Source: Eledone cirrhosa (Eukaryota). From it: a DNA stretch of 64,000 nt. A program made the translations under genes and the position numbers. Shown here piece after piece: positions 41,501 through 55,679 of this stretch; position 1 is the first letter of the stretch, and every line of letters starts with the position of its first letter. The stretch covers positions 14,570,001-14,634,000 of the forward strand of contig OZ024744.1 in assembly GCA_964016885.1 (NCBI GenBank). The letters are read 5' to 3'. The notes beneath the pieces are model-generated. The model saw nothing but the letters and a program-made list of their open reading frames with translations. It was not told where the DNA came from and searched no databases.

Positions 41501-44500
41501 TGCTCTAACCACTAAGTCATGTGCCTCCATTGCAAGGCCAATGCTCTAACCACTAAGTCATGCGCCTCCATTGCAAGGCCAATGCTCTAACCACTAAGCC
41601 ATGTGCCTCCATTGCAAGGCCAATGCTCTAACCACTAAGCCATGTGCCTCCATTGCAAGGCCAATTCTCTAACCACTAAGCCATGTGCCTCCATTGCAAG
41701 GCCAATGCTCTAACCACAAATCATGTGCCTCCATTGCAAGGCCAATGCTCTAACCACTAAGTAATGTGCCTCCATTGCAAGGCCAATGCTCTAACCACTA
41801 AACCATCTGCCTCCATTGCAAGGCCAATGCTCTAACCACTAAGCCATGTGCCTCCATTGTAAGGCCAATGCTCTAACCACTAAGCCATGTGCCTCCATTG
41901 CAAGTCCAATGCTCTAACAACTAAGCCATGTGCCTACATTGCAAGTCCAATGCTCTAACCACTAAGTCATGCGGCTCCATTGCAAGGCCAATGCTCTAAC
42001 CACTAAGACATGTGCCTCAATTGAAAGTCCAATGCTCTAACCACTAAGCCATGTGCCTCCATTGCAAGGCCAATGCTCTAATCACTAAGCCATGTGCCTC
42101 CATTGCAAGGCCAATGCTCTAACCACTAAACCATCTGCCTCCATTGCAAGGCCAATGTTCTAACCACTAAGTCATGTGCCTCCATTGCAAGGCCAATGCT
42201 CTAACCACTAAGTCATGTGCCTCCATTGCAAGGCCAATACTCTAACCACTAAGTCATGTGCCTCCATTGCAAGGCCAATGCTCTAACCACTAAGTCATAT
42301 GCCTCCATTGCAAGGTCAATGCTCTAACCACTAAGTCATGTGCCTTCATTGCAAGGCCAATGCTCTAACCACTAAGTCATGTGCCTCCATTACAAGGCCA
42401 ATGCTCTAACCACTAAGCCATGTGCCTCCATTGCAAGGCCAATACTCTAACCACTAAGTCATGTGCCTCCATTGCAAAGCCAATGCTCTAACCACTAAGT
42501 CATGTGCCTCCATTGTAAGATCAATGCTCTAACCACTAAGTCATGTGCCTCCATTGCAAGGCCAATGCTCTAACCACTAAGTCATGTGCCTCCATTGCAA
42601 GGCCAATGCTCTAACCACTAAGTCATGTGCCTCCATTGCAAGGCCAATGCTCTAACCACTAAGTCATGCGCCTCCATTGCAAGGCCAATGCTCTAACCAC
42701 TAAGCCATATGCCTCCATTGCAAGGCCAATGCTCTAATCACTAAGCCATGTGCCTCCATTGCAAGGCCAATGCTCTAACCACTAAACCATCTGCCTCCAT
42801 TGCAAGGCCAATGCTCTAACCACTAAGTCATGTGCCTCCATTGCAAGGCCAATGCTCTAACCACTAAGCCATGTGCCTCCATTGCAAGGCCAATGCTCTA
42901 ACCACTAAGTCATGTGCCTCCATTGCAAGGCCAATGCTCTAACCACTAAGTCATGCGCCTCCATTGCAAGGCCAATGCTCTAACCACTAAGCCATGTGCC
43001 TCCATTGCAAGGCCAATGCTCTAACCACTAAGCCATGTGCCTCCATTGCAAGGCCAATTCTCTAACCACTAAGCCATGTGCCTCCATTGCAAGGCCAATG
43101 CTCTAACCACAAATCATGTGCCTCCATTGCAAGGCCAATGCTCTAACCACTAAGTAATGTGCCTCCATTGCAAGGCCAATGCTCTAACCACTAAACCATC
43201 TGCCTCCATTGCAAGGCCAATGCTCTAACCACTAAGCCATGTGCCTCCATTGTAAGGCCAATGCTCTAACCACTAAGCCATGTGCCTCCATTGCAAGTCC
43301 AATGCTCTAACAACTAAGCCATGTGCCTACATTGCAAGTCCAATGCTCTAACCACTAAGTCATGCGGCTCCATTGCAAGGCCAATGCTCTAACCACTAAG
43401 ACATGTGCCTCAATTGAAAGTCCAATGCTCTAACCACTAAGCCATGTATCTCCATTGCAAGGCCAATCTTCTAACCACTAAGCCATGTGCCTCCATTGCA
43501 AGGCCAATGCTCTAACCACTAAGTCATGTGCCTCCATTGCAAGGCCAATGCACTAACCACTAAGCCATGTGCCTCCATTGCAAGGCCAATGTTCTAACCA
43601 CTAAGTCATGTGCCTCCATTGCAAGGCCAATGCTCTAACCACTAAGTCATGTGCCTCCATTGCAAGGCCAATGCTCTAACCACTAAACCATCTGCCTCCA
43701 TTGCAAGGCCAATGCTCTAACCACTAAGTCATGTGCCTCCATTGCAAGGCCAATGCTCTAACCAGTAAGCCATGTGCCTCCATTGCAAGGCCAATACGCT
43801 AACCACTAAGTCATGTGCCTCCAATGCAAGGCCAATGCTCTAACCACTAAGTCATGTGCCTCCATTGCAAGGTCAATGCTCTAACCACTAAGTCATGTGC
43901 CTCCATTGCAAGGACAATGCTCTAACCACTAAGTCATGTGCCTACATTGCAAGGCCAATGCTCTAACCACTAAGTCATGTGCCTCCATTGCAAGGCCAAT
44001 GCTCTAACCACTAAGTCATGCGCCTCCATTGCAAGGCCAATGCTCTAACCACTAAGCCATGTGCCTCCATTGCAAGGCCAATGCTCTAACCACTAAGCCA
44101 TGTGCGTCCATTGCAAGGCCAATTCTCTAACCACTAAGCCATGTGCCTCCATTGCAAGGCCAATGCTCTAACCACAAATCATGTGCCTCCATTGCAAGGC
44201 CAATGCTCTAACCACTAAGTCATGTGCCTCCATTGCAAGGCCAATGCTCTAACCACTAAACCATCTGCCTCCATTGCAAGGCCAATGCTCTAACCACTAA
44301 GCCATGTGCCTCCATTGTAAGGCCAATGCTCTAACCACTAAGCCATGTGCCTCCATTGCAAGACCAATGCTCTAACCACTAAGCCATGTATCTCCATTGC
44401 AAGGCCAATCTTCTAACCACTAAGCCATGTGCCTCCATTGCAAGGCCAATGCTCTAACCACTAAGTCATGTGCCTCCATTGCAAGGCCAATGCACTAACC

Positions 44501-47500
44501 ACTAAGCCCTGTGCCTCCATTGCAAGGCCAATGCTCTAACCACTAAACCATCTGCCTCCATTGCGAGGCCAATGCTCTAACCACTAAGCCATGTGCCTCC
44601 ACTGCAAGGCCAATGCTCTAACCACTAAGTCATGTGCCTCCATTGCAAGGCCAATGCTCTAACCACTAAGCCATGTGCCTCCATTGCAAGGCCAATGTTC
44701 TAACCACTAAGTCATGTGCCTCCATTGCAAGGCCAATGCTCTAACCACTAAGTCATGTGCCTCCATTGCAAGGCCAATGCTCTAACCACTAAACCATCTG
44801 CCTCCATTGCAAGGCCAATGTTCTAACCACTAAGTCATGTGCCTCCATTGCAAGGCCAATGCTCTAACCACTAAGCCATGTGCCTCCATTGCAAGGCCAA
44901 TACTCTAACCACTAAGTCATGTGCCTCCATTGCAAGGCCAATGCTCTAACCACTAAGTCATGTGCCTCCATTGCAAGGCCAATGCTTTAACCACTAAGTC
45001 ATGTGCCTCCATTACAAGGCCAATGCTTTAACCACTAAGTCATGTGCCTCCATTACAAGGCCAATGCTCTAACCACTAAGCCATGTGCCTCCATTGCAAG
45101 GCCAATACTCTAACCACTAAGTCATGTGCCTCCATTGCAAAGCCAATGCTCTAACCACTAAGTCATGTGCCTCCATTGTAAGATCAATGCTCTAACCACT
45201 AAGTCATGTGCCTCCATTGCAAGGCCAATGCTCTAACCACTAAGTCATGTGCCTCCATTGCAAGGTCAATGCTCTAACCACTAAGTCATGTGCCTCCATT
45301 GCAAGGCCAATGCTCTAACCACTAAGTCATGCGCCTCCATTGCAAGGCCAATGCTCTAACCACTAAGCCATGTGCCTCCATTGCAAGGCCAATGCTCTAA
45401 TCACTAAGCCATGTGCCTCCATTGCAAGGCCAATGCTCTAACCACTAAACCATCTGCCTCCATTGCAAGGCCAATGCTCTAACCACTAAGTCATGTGCCT
45501 CCATTGCAAGGCCAATGCTCTAACCACTAAGCCATGTGCCTCCATTGCAAGGCCAATGCTCTAATCACTAAGCCATGTGCCTCCATTGCAAGGCCAATGC
45601 TCTAACCACTAAGCCATGTGCCTCCACTGCAAGGCCAATGCTCTAACCACTAAGTCATGTGCCTCCATTGCAAGGCCAATGCTCTAACCACTAAGCCATG
45701 TGCCTCCATTGCAAGGCCAATGTTCTAACCACTAAGTCATGTGCCTCCATTGCAAGGCCAATGCTCTAACCACTAAGTCATGTGCCTCCATTGCAAGGCC
45801 AATGCTCTAACCACTAAACCATCTGCCTCCATTGCGAGGCCAATGCTCTAACCACTAAGTCATGGGCCTCCATTGCAAGGCCAATGCTCTAACCACTAAG
45901 CCATGTGCCTCCATTGCAAGGCCAATACTCTAACCACTAAGTCATGTGCCTCCATTGCAAGGCCAATGCTCTAACCACTAAGTCATGTGCCTCCATTGCA
46001 AGGTCAATGCTCTAACCACTAAGTCATGTGCCTCCATTGCAAGGCCAATGCTCTAACCACTAAGTCATGTGCCTCCATTGCAAGGCCAATGCTCTAACCA
46101 CTAAGTCATGCGCCTCCATTGCAAGGCCAATGCTCTAACCACTAAGCCATGTGCCTCCATTGCAAGGCCAATGCTCTAACCACTAAGCCATGTGCCTCCA
46201 TTGCAAGGCCAATTCTCTAACCACTAAGCCATGTGCCTCCATTGCAAGGCCAATGCTCTAACCACAAATCATGTGCCTCCATTGCAAGGCCAATGCTCTA
46301 ACCACTAAGTAATGTGCCTCCATTGCAAGGCCAATGCTCTAACCACTAAACCATCTGCCTCCATTGCAAGGCCAATGCTCTAACCACTAAGCCATGTGCC
46401 TCCATTGTAAGGCCAATGCTCTAACCACTAAGCCATGTGCCTCCATTGCAAGTCCAATGCTCTAACAACTAAGCCATGTGCCTACATTGCAAGTCCAATG
46501 CTCTAACCACTAAGTCATGCGGCTCCATTGCAAGGCCAATGCTCTAACCACTAAGACATGTGCCTCAATTGAAAGTCCAATGCTCTAACCACTAAGCCAT
46601 GTATCTCCATTGCAAGGCCAATCTTCTAACCACTAAGCCATGTGCCTCCATTGCAAGGCCAATGCTCTAAGCACTAAGTCATGTGCCTCCATTGCAAGGC
46701 CAATGCACTAACCACTAAGCCATGTGCCTCCATTGCAAGGCCAATGCTCTAACCACTAAACCATCTGCCTCCATTGCGAGGCCAATGCTCTAACCACTAA
46801 GCCATGTGCCTCCATTGCAAGGCCAATGCTCTAACCACTAAGCCATGTGCCTCCACTGCAAGGCCAATGCTCTAACCACTAAGTCATGTGCCTCCATTGC
46901 AAGGCCAATGCTCTAACCACTAAGCCATGTGCCTCCATTGCAAGGCCAATGTTCTAACCACTAAGTCATGTGCCTCCATTGCAAGGCCAATGCTCTAACC
47001 ACTAAGTCATGTGCCTCCATTGCAAGGCCAATGCTCTAACCACTAAACCATCTGCCTCCATTGCAAGGCCAATGCTCTAACCACTAAACCATCTGCCTCC
47101 ATTGCAAGGCCAATGCTCTAACCACTAAGTCATGTGCCTCCATTGCAAGGCCAATGCTCTAACCACTAAGCCATGTGCCTCCATTGCAAGGCCAATGCTC
47201 TAATCACTAAGCCATGTGCCTCCATTGCAAGGCCAATGCTCTAACCACTAAGCCATGTGCCTCCACTGCAAGGCCAATGCTCTAACCACTAAGTCATGTG
47301 CCTCCATTGCAAGGCCAATGCTCTAACCACTAAGCCATGTGCCTCCATTGCAAGGCCAATGTTCTAACCACTAAGTCATGTGCCTCCATTGCAAGGCCAA
47401 TGCTCTAACCACTAAGTCATGTGCCTCCATTGCAAGGCCAATACTCTAACCACTAAACCATCTGCCTCCATTGCGAGGCCAATGCTCTAACCACTAAGTC

Positions 47501-49317
47501 ATGTGCCTCCATTGCAAGGCCAATGCTCTAACCACTAAGCCATGTGCCTCCATTGCAAGGCCAATACTCTAACCACTAAGTCATGTGCCTCCATTGCAAG
47601 GCCAATGCTCTAACCACTAAGTCATGTGCCTCCATTGCAAGGTCAATGCTCTAACCACTAAGTCATGTGCCTCCATTGCAAGGCCAATGCTCTAACCACT
47701 AAGTCATGTGCCTCCATTGCAAGGCCAATTCTCTAACCACTAAGTCATGCGCCTCCATTGCAAGGCCAATGCTCTAACCACTAAGCCATGTGCCTCCATT
47801 GCAAGGCCAATGCTCTAACCACTAAGCCATGTGCCTCCATTGCAAGGCCAATTCTCTAACCACTAAGCCATGTGCCTCCATTGCAAGGCCAATGCTCTAA
47901 CCACAAATCATGTGCCTCCATTGCAAGGCCAATGCTCTAACCACTAAGACATGTGCCTCCATTGCAAGGCCAATGCTCTAACCACTAAACCATCTGCCTC
48001 CATTGCAAGGCCAATGCTCTAACCACTAAGCCATGTGCCTCCATTGTAAGGCCAATGCTCTAACCACTAAGCCATGTGCCTCCATTGCAAGTCCAATGCT
48101 CTAACAACTAAGCCATGTGCCTACATTGCAAGTCCAATGCTCTAACCACTAAGTCATGCGGCTCCATTGCAAGGCCAATGCTCTAACCACTAAGACATGT
48201 GACTCAATTGAAAGTCCAATGCTCTAACCACTAAGCCATGTATCTCCATTGCAAGGCCAATCTTCTAACCACTAAGTCATGTGCCTCCATTGCAAGGCCA
48301 ATGCTCTAACCACTAAGTCATGTGCCTCCATTGCAAGGCCAATGCTCTAACCACTAAGCCATGTGCCTCCATTGCAAGGCCAATGTTCTAACCACTAAGT
48401 CATGTGCCTCCATTGCAAGGCCAATGCTCTAACCACTAAGTCATGTGCCTCCATTGCAAGGCCAATGCTCTAACCACTAAACCATCTGCCTCCATTGCGA
48501 GGCCAATGCTCTAACCACTAAGTCATGTGCCTCCATTGCAAGGCCAATGCTCTAACCACTAAGCCATGTGCCTCCATTGCAAGGCCAATACTCTAACCAC
48601 TAAGTCATGTGCCTCCATTGCAAGGCCAATGCTCTAACCACTAAGTCATGTGCCTCCATTGCAAGGTCAATGCTCTAACCACTAAGTCATGTGCCTCCAT
48701 TGCAAGGCCAATGCTCTAACCACTAAGTCATGTGCCTCCATTGCAAGGCCAATGCTCTAACCACTAAGTCATGCGCCTCCATTGCAAGGCCAATGCTCTA
48801 ACCACTAAGCCATGTGCCTCCATTGCAAGGCCAATGTTCTAACCACTAAGTCATGTGCCTCCATTGCAAGGCCAATGCTCTAACCACTAAGTCATGTGCC
48901 TCCATTGCAAGGCCAATGCTCTAACCACTAAGCCATGTGCCTCCATTGCAAGGCCAATGTTCTAACCACTAAGTCATGTGCCTCCATTGCAAGGCCAATG
49001 CTCTAACCACTAAGTCATGTGCCTCCATTGCAAGGCCAATGCTCTAACCACTAAACCATCTGCCTCCATTGCAAGGCCAATATTCTAACCACTAAGTCAT
49101 GTGCCTCCATTACAAGGCCAATGCTCTAACCACTAAGCCATGTGCCTCCATTGCAAGGCCAATACTCTAACCACTAAGTCATGTGCCTCCATTGCAAGGC
49201 CAATGCTCTAACCACTAAGTCATATGCCTCCATTGCAAGGTCAATGCTCTAACCACTAAGTCATGTGCCTCCATTGCAAGGCCAATGCTCTAACCACTAA
49301 GTCATGTGCCTCCATTA

Positions 49318-51586
49318 CAAGGCCAATGCTCTAACCACTAAGCCATGTGCCTCCATTGCAAGGCCAATACTCTAACCACTAAGTCATGTGCCTCCATTGC
49401 AAAGCCAATGCTCTAACCACTAAGTCATGTGCCTCCATTGTAAGATCAATGCTCTAACCACTAAGTCATGTGCCTCCATTGCAAGGCCAATGCTCTAACC
49501 ACTAAGTCATGTGCCTCCATTGCAAGGCCAATTCTCTAACCACTAAGTCATGTGCCTCCATTGCAAGGCCAATGCTCTAACCACTAAGTCATGCGCCTCC
49601 ATTGCAAGGCCAATGCTCTAACCACTAAGCCATGTGCCTCCATTGCAAGGGCAATGCTCTAATCACTAAGCCATGTGCCTCCATTGCAAGGCCAATGCTC
49701 TAACCACTAAACCATCTGCCTCCATTGCAAGGTCAATGCTCTACCCACTAAGTCATGTGCCTCCATTGCAAGGCCAATGCTCTAACCACTAAGCCATGTG
49801 CCTCCATTGCAAGGCCAATGCTCTAACCACTAAGCCATGTTCCTCCATTGCAAGGCCAATGCTCTAACCACTAAGTCATGTTCCTCCATTGCAAAGCCAA
49901 TGCTCTAACCACTAAGCCATGTGCCACCATTGCAAGGCCAATGCTCTAACCACTAAATCATCTGCCTCCGTTGCAAGGCCAATGCTCTAACCACTAAGCC
50001 ATCTGCCTCCATTGCAAGGCCAATGCTCTAACCACTAAGCCATGTGCCTCCATTGCAAGGCCAATGCTCTAACCAATAAGCCATGTGCCTCCATTGCAAG
50101 GCCAATGCTCTAACCACTAAGTCATGTGCCTCCATTGCAAGGCCAATGCTCAAACCACTAAGCCATGTGCCTCCATTGCAAGGCCAATGCTCTAACCACT
50201 AAGCCATGTACCTCCATTGCAAGGCCAATGCTCTAACAACTAAGCCATGTGCCTCCATTGCAAGGCCAACGCTCTAACCACTAAGCCATGTGCCTCCATT
50301 GCAAGGCCAATGCTCTAACCACTAAGCCATGTGCCTCCATTGCAAGGCCAATGCTCTAACCACTAAGCCATGTTCCTCCATTGCAAGGCCAATGCTCTAA
50401 CCACTAAGTCATGTTCCTCCATTGCAAAGCCAATGCTCTAACCACTAAGCCATGTGCCACCATTGCAAGTCCAATGCTCTAACCACTAAGCCATGTGCCT
50501 CCATTGCAAGGCCAATGCTCTAACCAATAAGCCATGTGACTCCATTGCAAGGCCAATGCTCTAACCACTAAGCCATGTGCCTCCATTGCAAGGCCAATAC
50601 TCTAACCACTAAGTCATGTGCCTCCATTGCAAAGCCAATGCTCTAACCACTAAGTCATGTGCCTCCATTGTAAGATCAATGCTCTAACCACTAAGTCATG
50701 TGCCTCCATTGCAAGGCCAATGCTCTAACCACTAAGTCATGTGCCTCCATTGCAAGGCCAATGCTCTAACCACTAAGTCATGTGCCTCCATTGCAAGGCC
50801 AATGCTCTAACCACTAAGTCATGCGCCTCCATTGCAAGGCCAATGCTCTAACCACTAAGCCATGTGCCTCCATTGCAAGGGCAATGCTCTAATCACTAAG
50901 CCATGTGCCTCCATTGCAAGGCCAATGCTCTAACCACTAAACCATCTGCCTCCATTGCAAGGTCAATGCTCTACCCACTAAGTCATGTGCCTCCATTGCA
51001 AGGCCAATGCTCTAACCACTAAGCCATGTGCCTCCATTGCAAGGCCAATGCTCTAACCACTAAGCCATGTTCCTCCATTGCAAGGCCAATGCTCTAACCA
51101 CTAAGTCATGTTCCTCCATTGCAAAGCCAATGCTCTAACCACTAAGCCATGTGCCACCATTGCAAGGCCAATGCTCTAACCACTAAATCATCTGCCTCCG
51201 TTGCAAGGCCAATGCTCTAACCACTAAGCCATCTGCCTCCATTGCAAGGCCAATGCTCTAACCACTAAGCCATGTGCCTCCATTGCAAGGCCAATGCTCT
51301 AACCAATAAGCCATGTGCCTCCATTGCAAGGCCAATGCTCTAACCACTAAGTCATGTGCCTCCATTGCAAGGCCAATGCTCAAACCACTAAGCCATGTGC
51401 CTCCATTGCAAGGCCAATGCTCTAACCACTAAGCCATGTGCCTCCATTGCAAGGCCAATGCTCTAACAACTAAGCCATGTGCCTCCATTGCAAGGCCAAC
51501 GCTCTAACCACTAAGCCATGTGCCTCCATTGCAAGGCCAATGCTCTAACCACTAAGCCATGTGCCTCCATTGCAAGGCCAATGCTC
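49318..51586. repeat. Higher-order duplication, offset 1230 bp (30 monomers)
   Basis: aagggcaatg (gcaatg at 49651/50881), ctacccacta 49741/50971, cactaaatcatctg 49951/51181, caaaccacta 50151/51381. Confidence 0.92.
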
Positions 51587-54500
51587 AAACCACTAAGCCA
51601 TGTGCCTCCATTGCAAGGCCAATGCTCTAACCACTAAGCCATGTGCCTCCATTGCAAGGCCAATGCTCTAACAACTAAGCCATGTGCCTCCATTGCAAGG
51701 CCAACGCTCTAACCACTAAGTCATGTTCCTCCATTGCAAAGCCAATGCTCTAACCACTAAGCCATGTGCCCCCATTGCAAGGCCAATGCTCTAACCACTA
51801 AGCCATGTGCCACCATTTCAAGGCCAATGCTCTAACCACTAAGCCATGTGCCACCATTGCAAGTCAATGCTCTAACCACTAAACCATCTGCCTCCATTGC
51901 AAGGCCAATGCTCTAACCACTAAGCCATCTGCCTCCATTGCAAGGCCAATGCTCTAACCACTAAGCCATGTGCCTCCATTGCAAGGCCAATGCTCTAACC
52001 AATAAGCCATGTGCCTCCATTGCAAGGCCAATACTCTAACCACTAAGTCATATGCCTCCATTGCAAGGCCAATGCTCTAACCACTAAGCCATGTGCCTCC
52101 ATTGCAAGGCCAATGCTCTAACCACAAATCATGTGCCTCCATTGCAAGGCCAATGCTCTAACCACTAAGCCATGTGCCTCCATTGCAAGGCCAATGCTCT
52201 AACAACTAAGCCATGTGCCTACATTGCAAGTCCAATGCTCTAACCACTAAGTCATGCGGCTCCATTGCAAGGCCAATGCTCTAACCACTAAGACATGTGC
52301 CTCCATTGAAAGTCCAATGCTCTAACCACTAAGCCATGTATCTCCATTGCAAGGCCAATGCTCTAACCACTAAGCCATGTGCCTCCATTGCAAGGCCAAT
52401 GCTCTAACCACTAAGTCATGTGCCTCCATTGCAAGGCCAATGCTCTAACCACTAAGCCATGTGCCTCCATTGCAAGGCCAATGCTCTAACCACTAAGCCA
52501 TGTGCCTCTATTGCAAGGCCAATGCTCTAACCACTAAGCCATGTGCCTCCACTGCAAGGCCAATGCTCTAACCACTAAGTCATGTGCCTCCATTGCAAGG
52601 CCAATGCTCTAACCACTAAGCCATGTGCCTCCATTGCAAGGCCAATGTTCTAACCACTAAGTCATGTGCCTCCATTGCAAGGCCAATGCTCTAACCACTA
52701 AGTCATGTGCCTCCATTGCAAGGCCAATGCTCTAACCACTAAACCATCTGCCTCCATTGCAAGGCCAATGCTCTAACCACTAAGTCATGTGCCTCCATTG
52801 CAAGGCCAATGCTCTAACCAGTAAGCCATGTGCCTCCATTGCAAGGCCAATACTCTAACCACTAAGTCATGTGCCTCCAATGCAAGGCCAATGCTCTAAC
52901 CACTAAGTCATGTGCCTCCATTGCAAGGTCAATGCTCTAACCACTAAGTCATGTGCCTCCATTGCAAGGCCAATGTTCTAACCACTAAGTCATGTGCCTA
53001 CATTGCAAGGCCAATGCTCTAACCACTAAGTCATGTGCCTCCATTGCAAGGCCAATGCTCTAACCACTAAGTCATGCGCCTCCATTGCAAGGCCAATGCT
53101 CTAACCACTAAGCCATGTGCCTCCATTGCAAGGCCAATGCTCTAACCACTAAGCCATGTGCGTCCATTGCAAGGCCAATTCTCTAACCACTAAGCCATGT
53201 GCTTCCATTGCAAGGCCAATGCTCTAACCACAAATCATGTGCCTCCATTGCAAGGCCAATGCTCTAACCACTAAGTCATGTGCCTCCATTGCAAGGCCAA
53301 TGCTCTAACCACTAAACCATCTGCCTCCATTGCAAGGCCAATGCTCTAACCACTAAGCCATGTGCCTCCATTGTAAGGCCAATGCTCTAACCACTAAGCC
53401 ATGTGCCTCCATTGCAAGGCCAATGCTCTAACCACTAAGCCATGTATCTCCATTGCAAGGCCAATCTTCTAACCACTAAGCCATGTGCCTCCATTGCAAG
53501 GCCAATGCTCTAACCACTAAGTCATGTGCCTCCATTGCAAGGCCAATGCACTAACCACTAAGCCATGTGCCTCCATTGCAAGGCCAATACTCTAACCACT
53601 AAACCATCTGCCTCCATTGCGAGGCCAATGCTCTAACCACTAAGCCATGTGCCTCCATTGCAAGGCCAATGCTCTAACCACTAAGCCATGTGCCTCCACT
53701 GCAAGGCCAATGCTCTAACCACTAAGTCATGTGCCTCCATTGCAAGGCCAATGCTCTAACCACTAAGCCATGTGCCTCCATTGCAAGGCAATGTTCTAAC
53801 CACTAAGTCATGTGCCTCCATTGCAAGGCCAATGCTCTAACCACTAAGTCATGTGCCTCCATTGCAAGGCCGATGCTCTAACCACTAAACCATCTGCCTC
53901 CATTGCAAGGCCAATGTTCTAACCACTAAGTCATGTGCCTCCATTGCAAGGCCAATGCTCTAACCACTAAGCCATGTGCCTCCATTCCAAGGCCAATACT
54001 CTAACCACTAAGTCATGTGCCTCCATTGCAAGGCCAATGCTCTAACCACTAAGTCATATGCCTCCATTGCAAGGTCAATGCTCTAACCACTAAGTCATGT
54101 GCCCCTATTGCAAGGCCAATGCTCTAACCACTAAGTCATGTGCCTCCATTACAAGGCCAATGCTCTAACCACTAAGCCATGTGCCTCCATTGCAAGGCCA
54201 ATACTCTAACCACTAAGTCATGTGCCTCCATTGCAAAGCCAATGCTCTAACCACTAAGTCATGTGCCTCCATTGTAAGATCAATGCTCTAACCACTAAGT
54301 CATGTGCCTCCATTGCAAGGCCAATGCTCTAACCACTAAGTCATGTGCCTCCATTGCAAGGCCAATGCTCTAACCACTAAGTCATGTGCCTCCATTGCAA
54401 GGCCAATGCTCTAACCACTAAGTCATGCGCCTCCATTGCAAGGCCAATGCTCTAACCACTAAGCCATGTGCCTCCATTGCAAGGCCAATGCTCTAATCAC

Positions 54501-55679
54501 TAAGCCACGTGCCTCCATTGCAAGGCCAATGCTCTAACCACTAAACCATCTGCCTCCATTGCAAGGCCAATGCTCTAACCACTAAGTCATGTCCCTCCAT
54601 TGCAAGGCCAATGCTCTAACCACTAAGCCATGTGCCTCCATTGCAAGGCCAATGCTCTAATCACTAAGCCATGTGCCTCCATTGCAAGGCCAATGCTCTA
54701 ACCACTAAGCCATGTGCCTCCACTGCAAGGCCAATGCTCTAACCACTAAGTCATGTGCCTCCATTGCAAGGCCAATGCTCTAACCACTAAGCCATGTGCC
54801 TCCATTGCAAGGCCAATGTTCTAACCACTAAGTCATGTGCCTCCATTGCAAGGCCAATGCTCTAACCACTAAGTCATGTGCCTCCATTGCAAGGCCAATG
54901 CTCTAACCACTAAACCATCTGCCTCCATTGCGAGGCCAATGCTCTAACCACTAAGTCATGTGCCTCCATTGCAAGGCCAATGCTCTAACCACTAAGCCAT
55001 GTGCCTCCATTGCAAGGCCAATACTCTAACCACTAAGTCATGTGCCTCCATTGCAAGGCCAATGCTCTAACCACTAAGTCATGTGCCTCCATTGCAAGGT
55101 CAATGCTCTAACCACTAAGTCATGTGCCTCCATTGCAAGGCCAATGCTCTAACCACTAAGTCATGTGCCTCCCTTGCAAGGCCAATGCTCTAACCACTAA
55201 GTCATGCGCCTCCATTGCAAGGCCAATGCTCTAACCACTAAGCCATGTGCCTCCATTGCAAGGCCAATGCTCTAACCACTAAGCCATGTGCCTCCATTGC
55301 AAGGCCAATTCTCTAACCACTAAGCCATGTGCCTCCATTGCAAGGCCAATGCTCTAACCACTAAGCCATGTGCCTCCATTGCAAAGTCAATGCTCTAACC
55401 ACTAAGCCATGTGCCTCCACTGCAAGGCCAATGCTCTAACCACTAAGTCATGTGCCTCCATTGCAAGGCCAATGCTCTAACCACTAAGCCATGTGCCTCC
55501 ATTGCAAGGCCAATGCTCTAATCACTAAGCCATGTGCCTCCATTGCAAGGCCAATGCTCTAACCACTAAACCATCTGCCTCCATTGCAAGGCCAATGCTC
55601 TACCCACTAAGTCATGTGCCTCCATTGCAAGGCCAATGCTCTAACCACTAAGCCATGTGCCTCCATTGCAAGGCCAATG

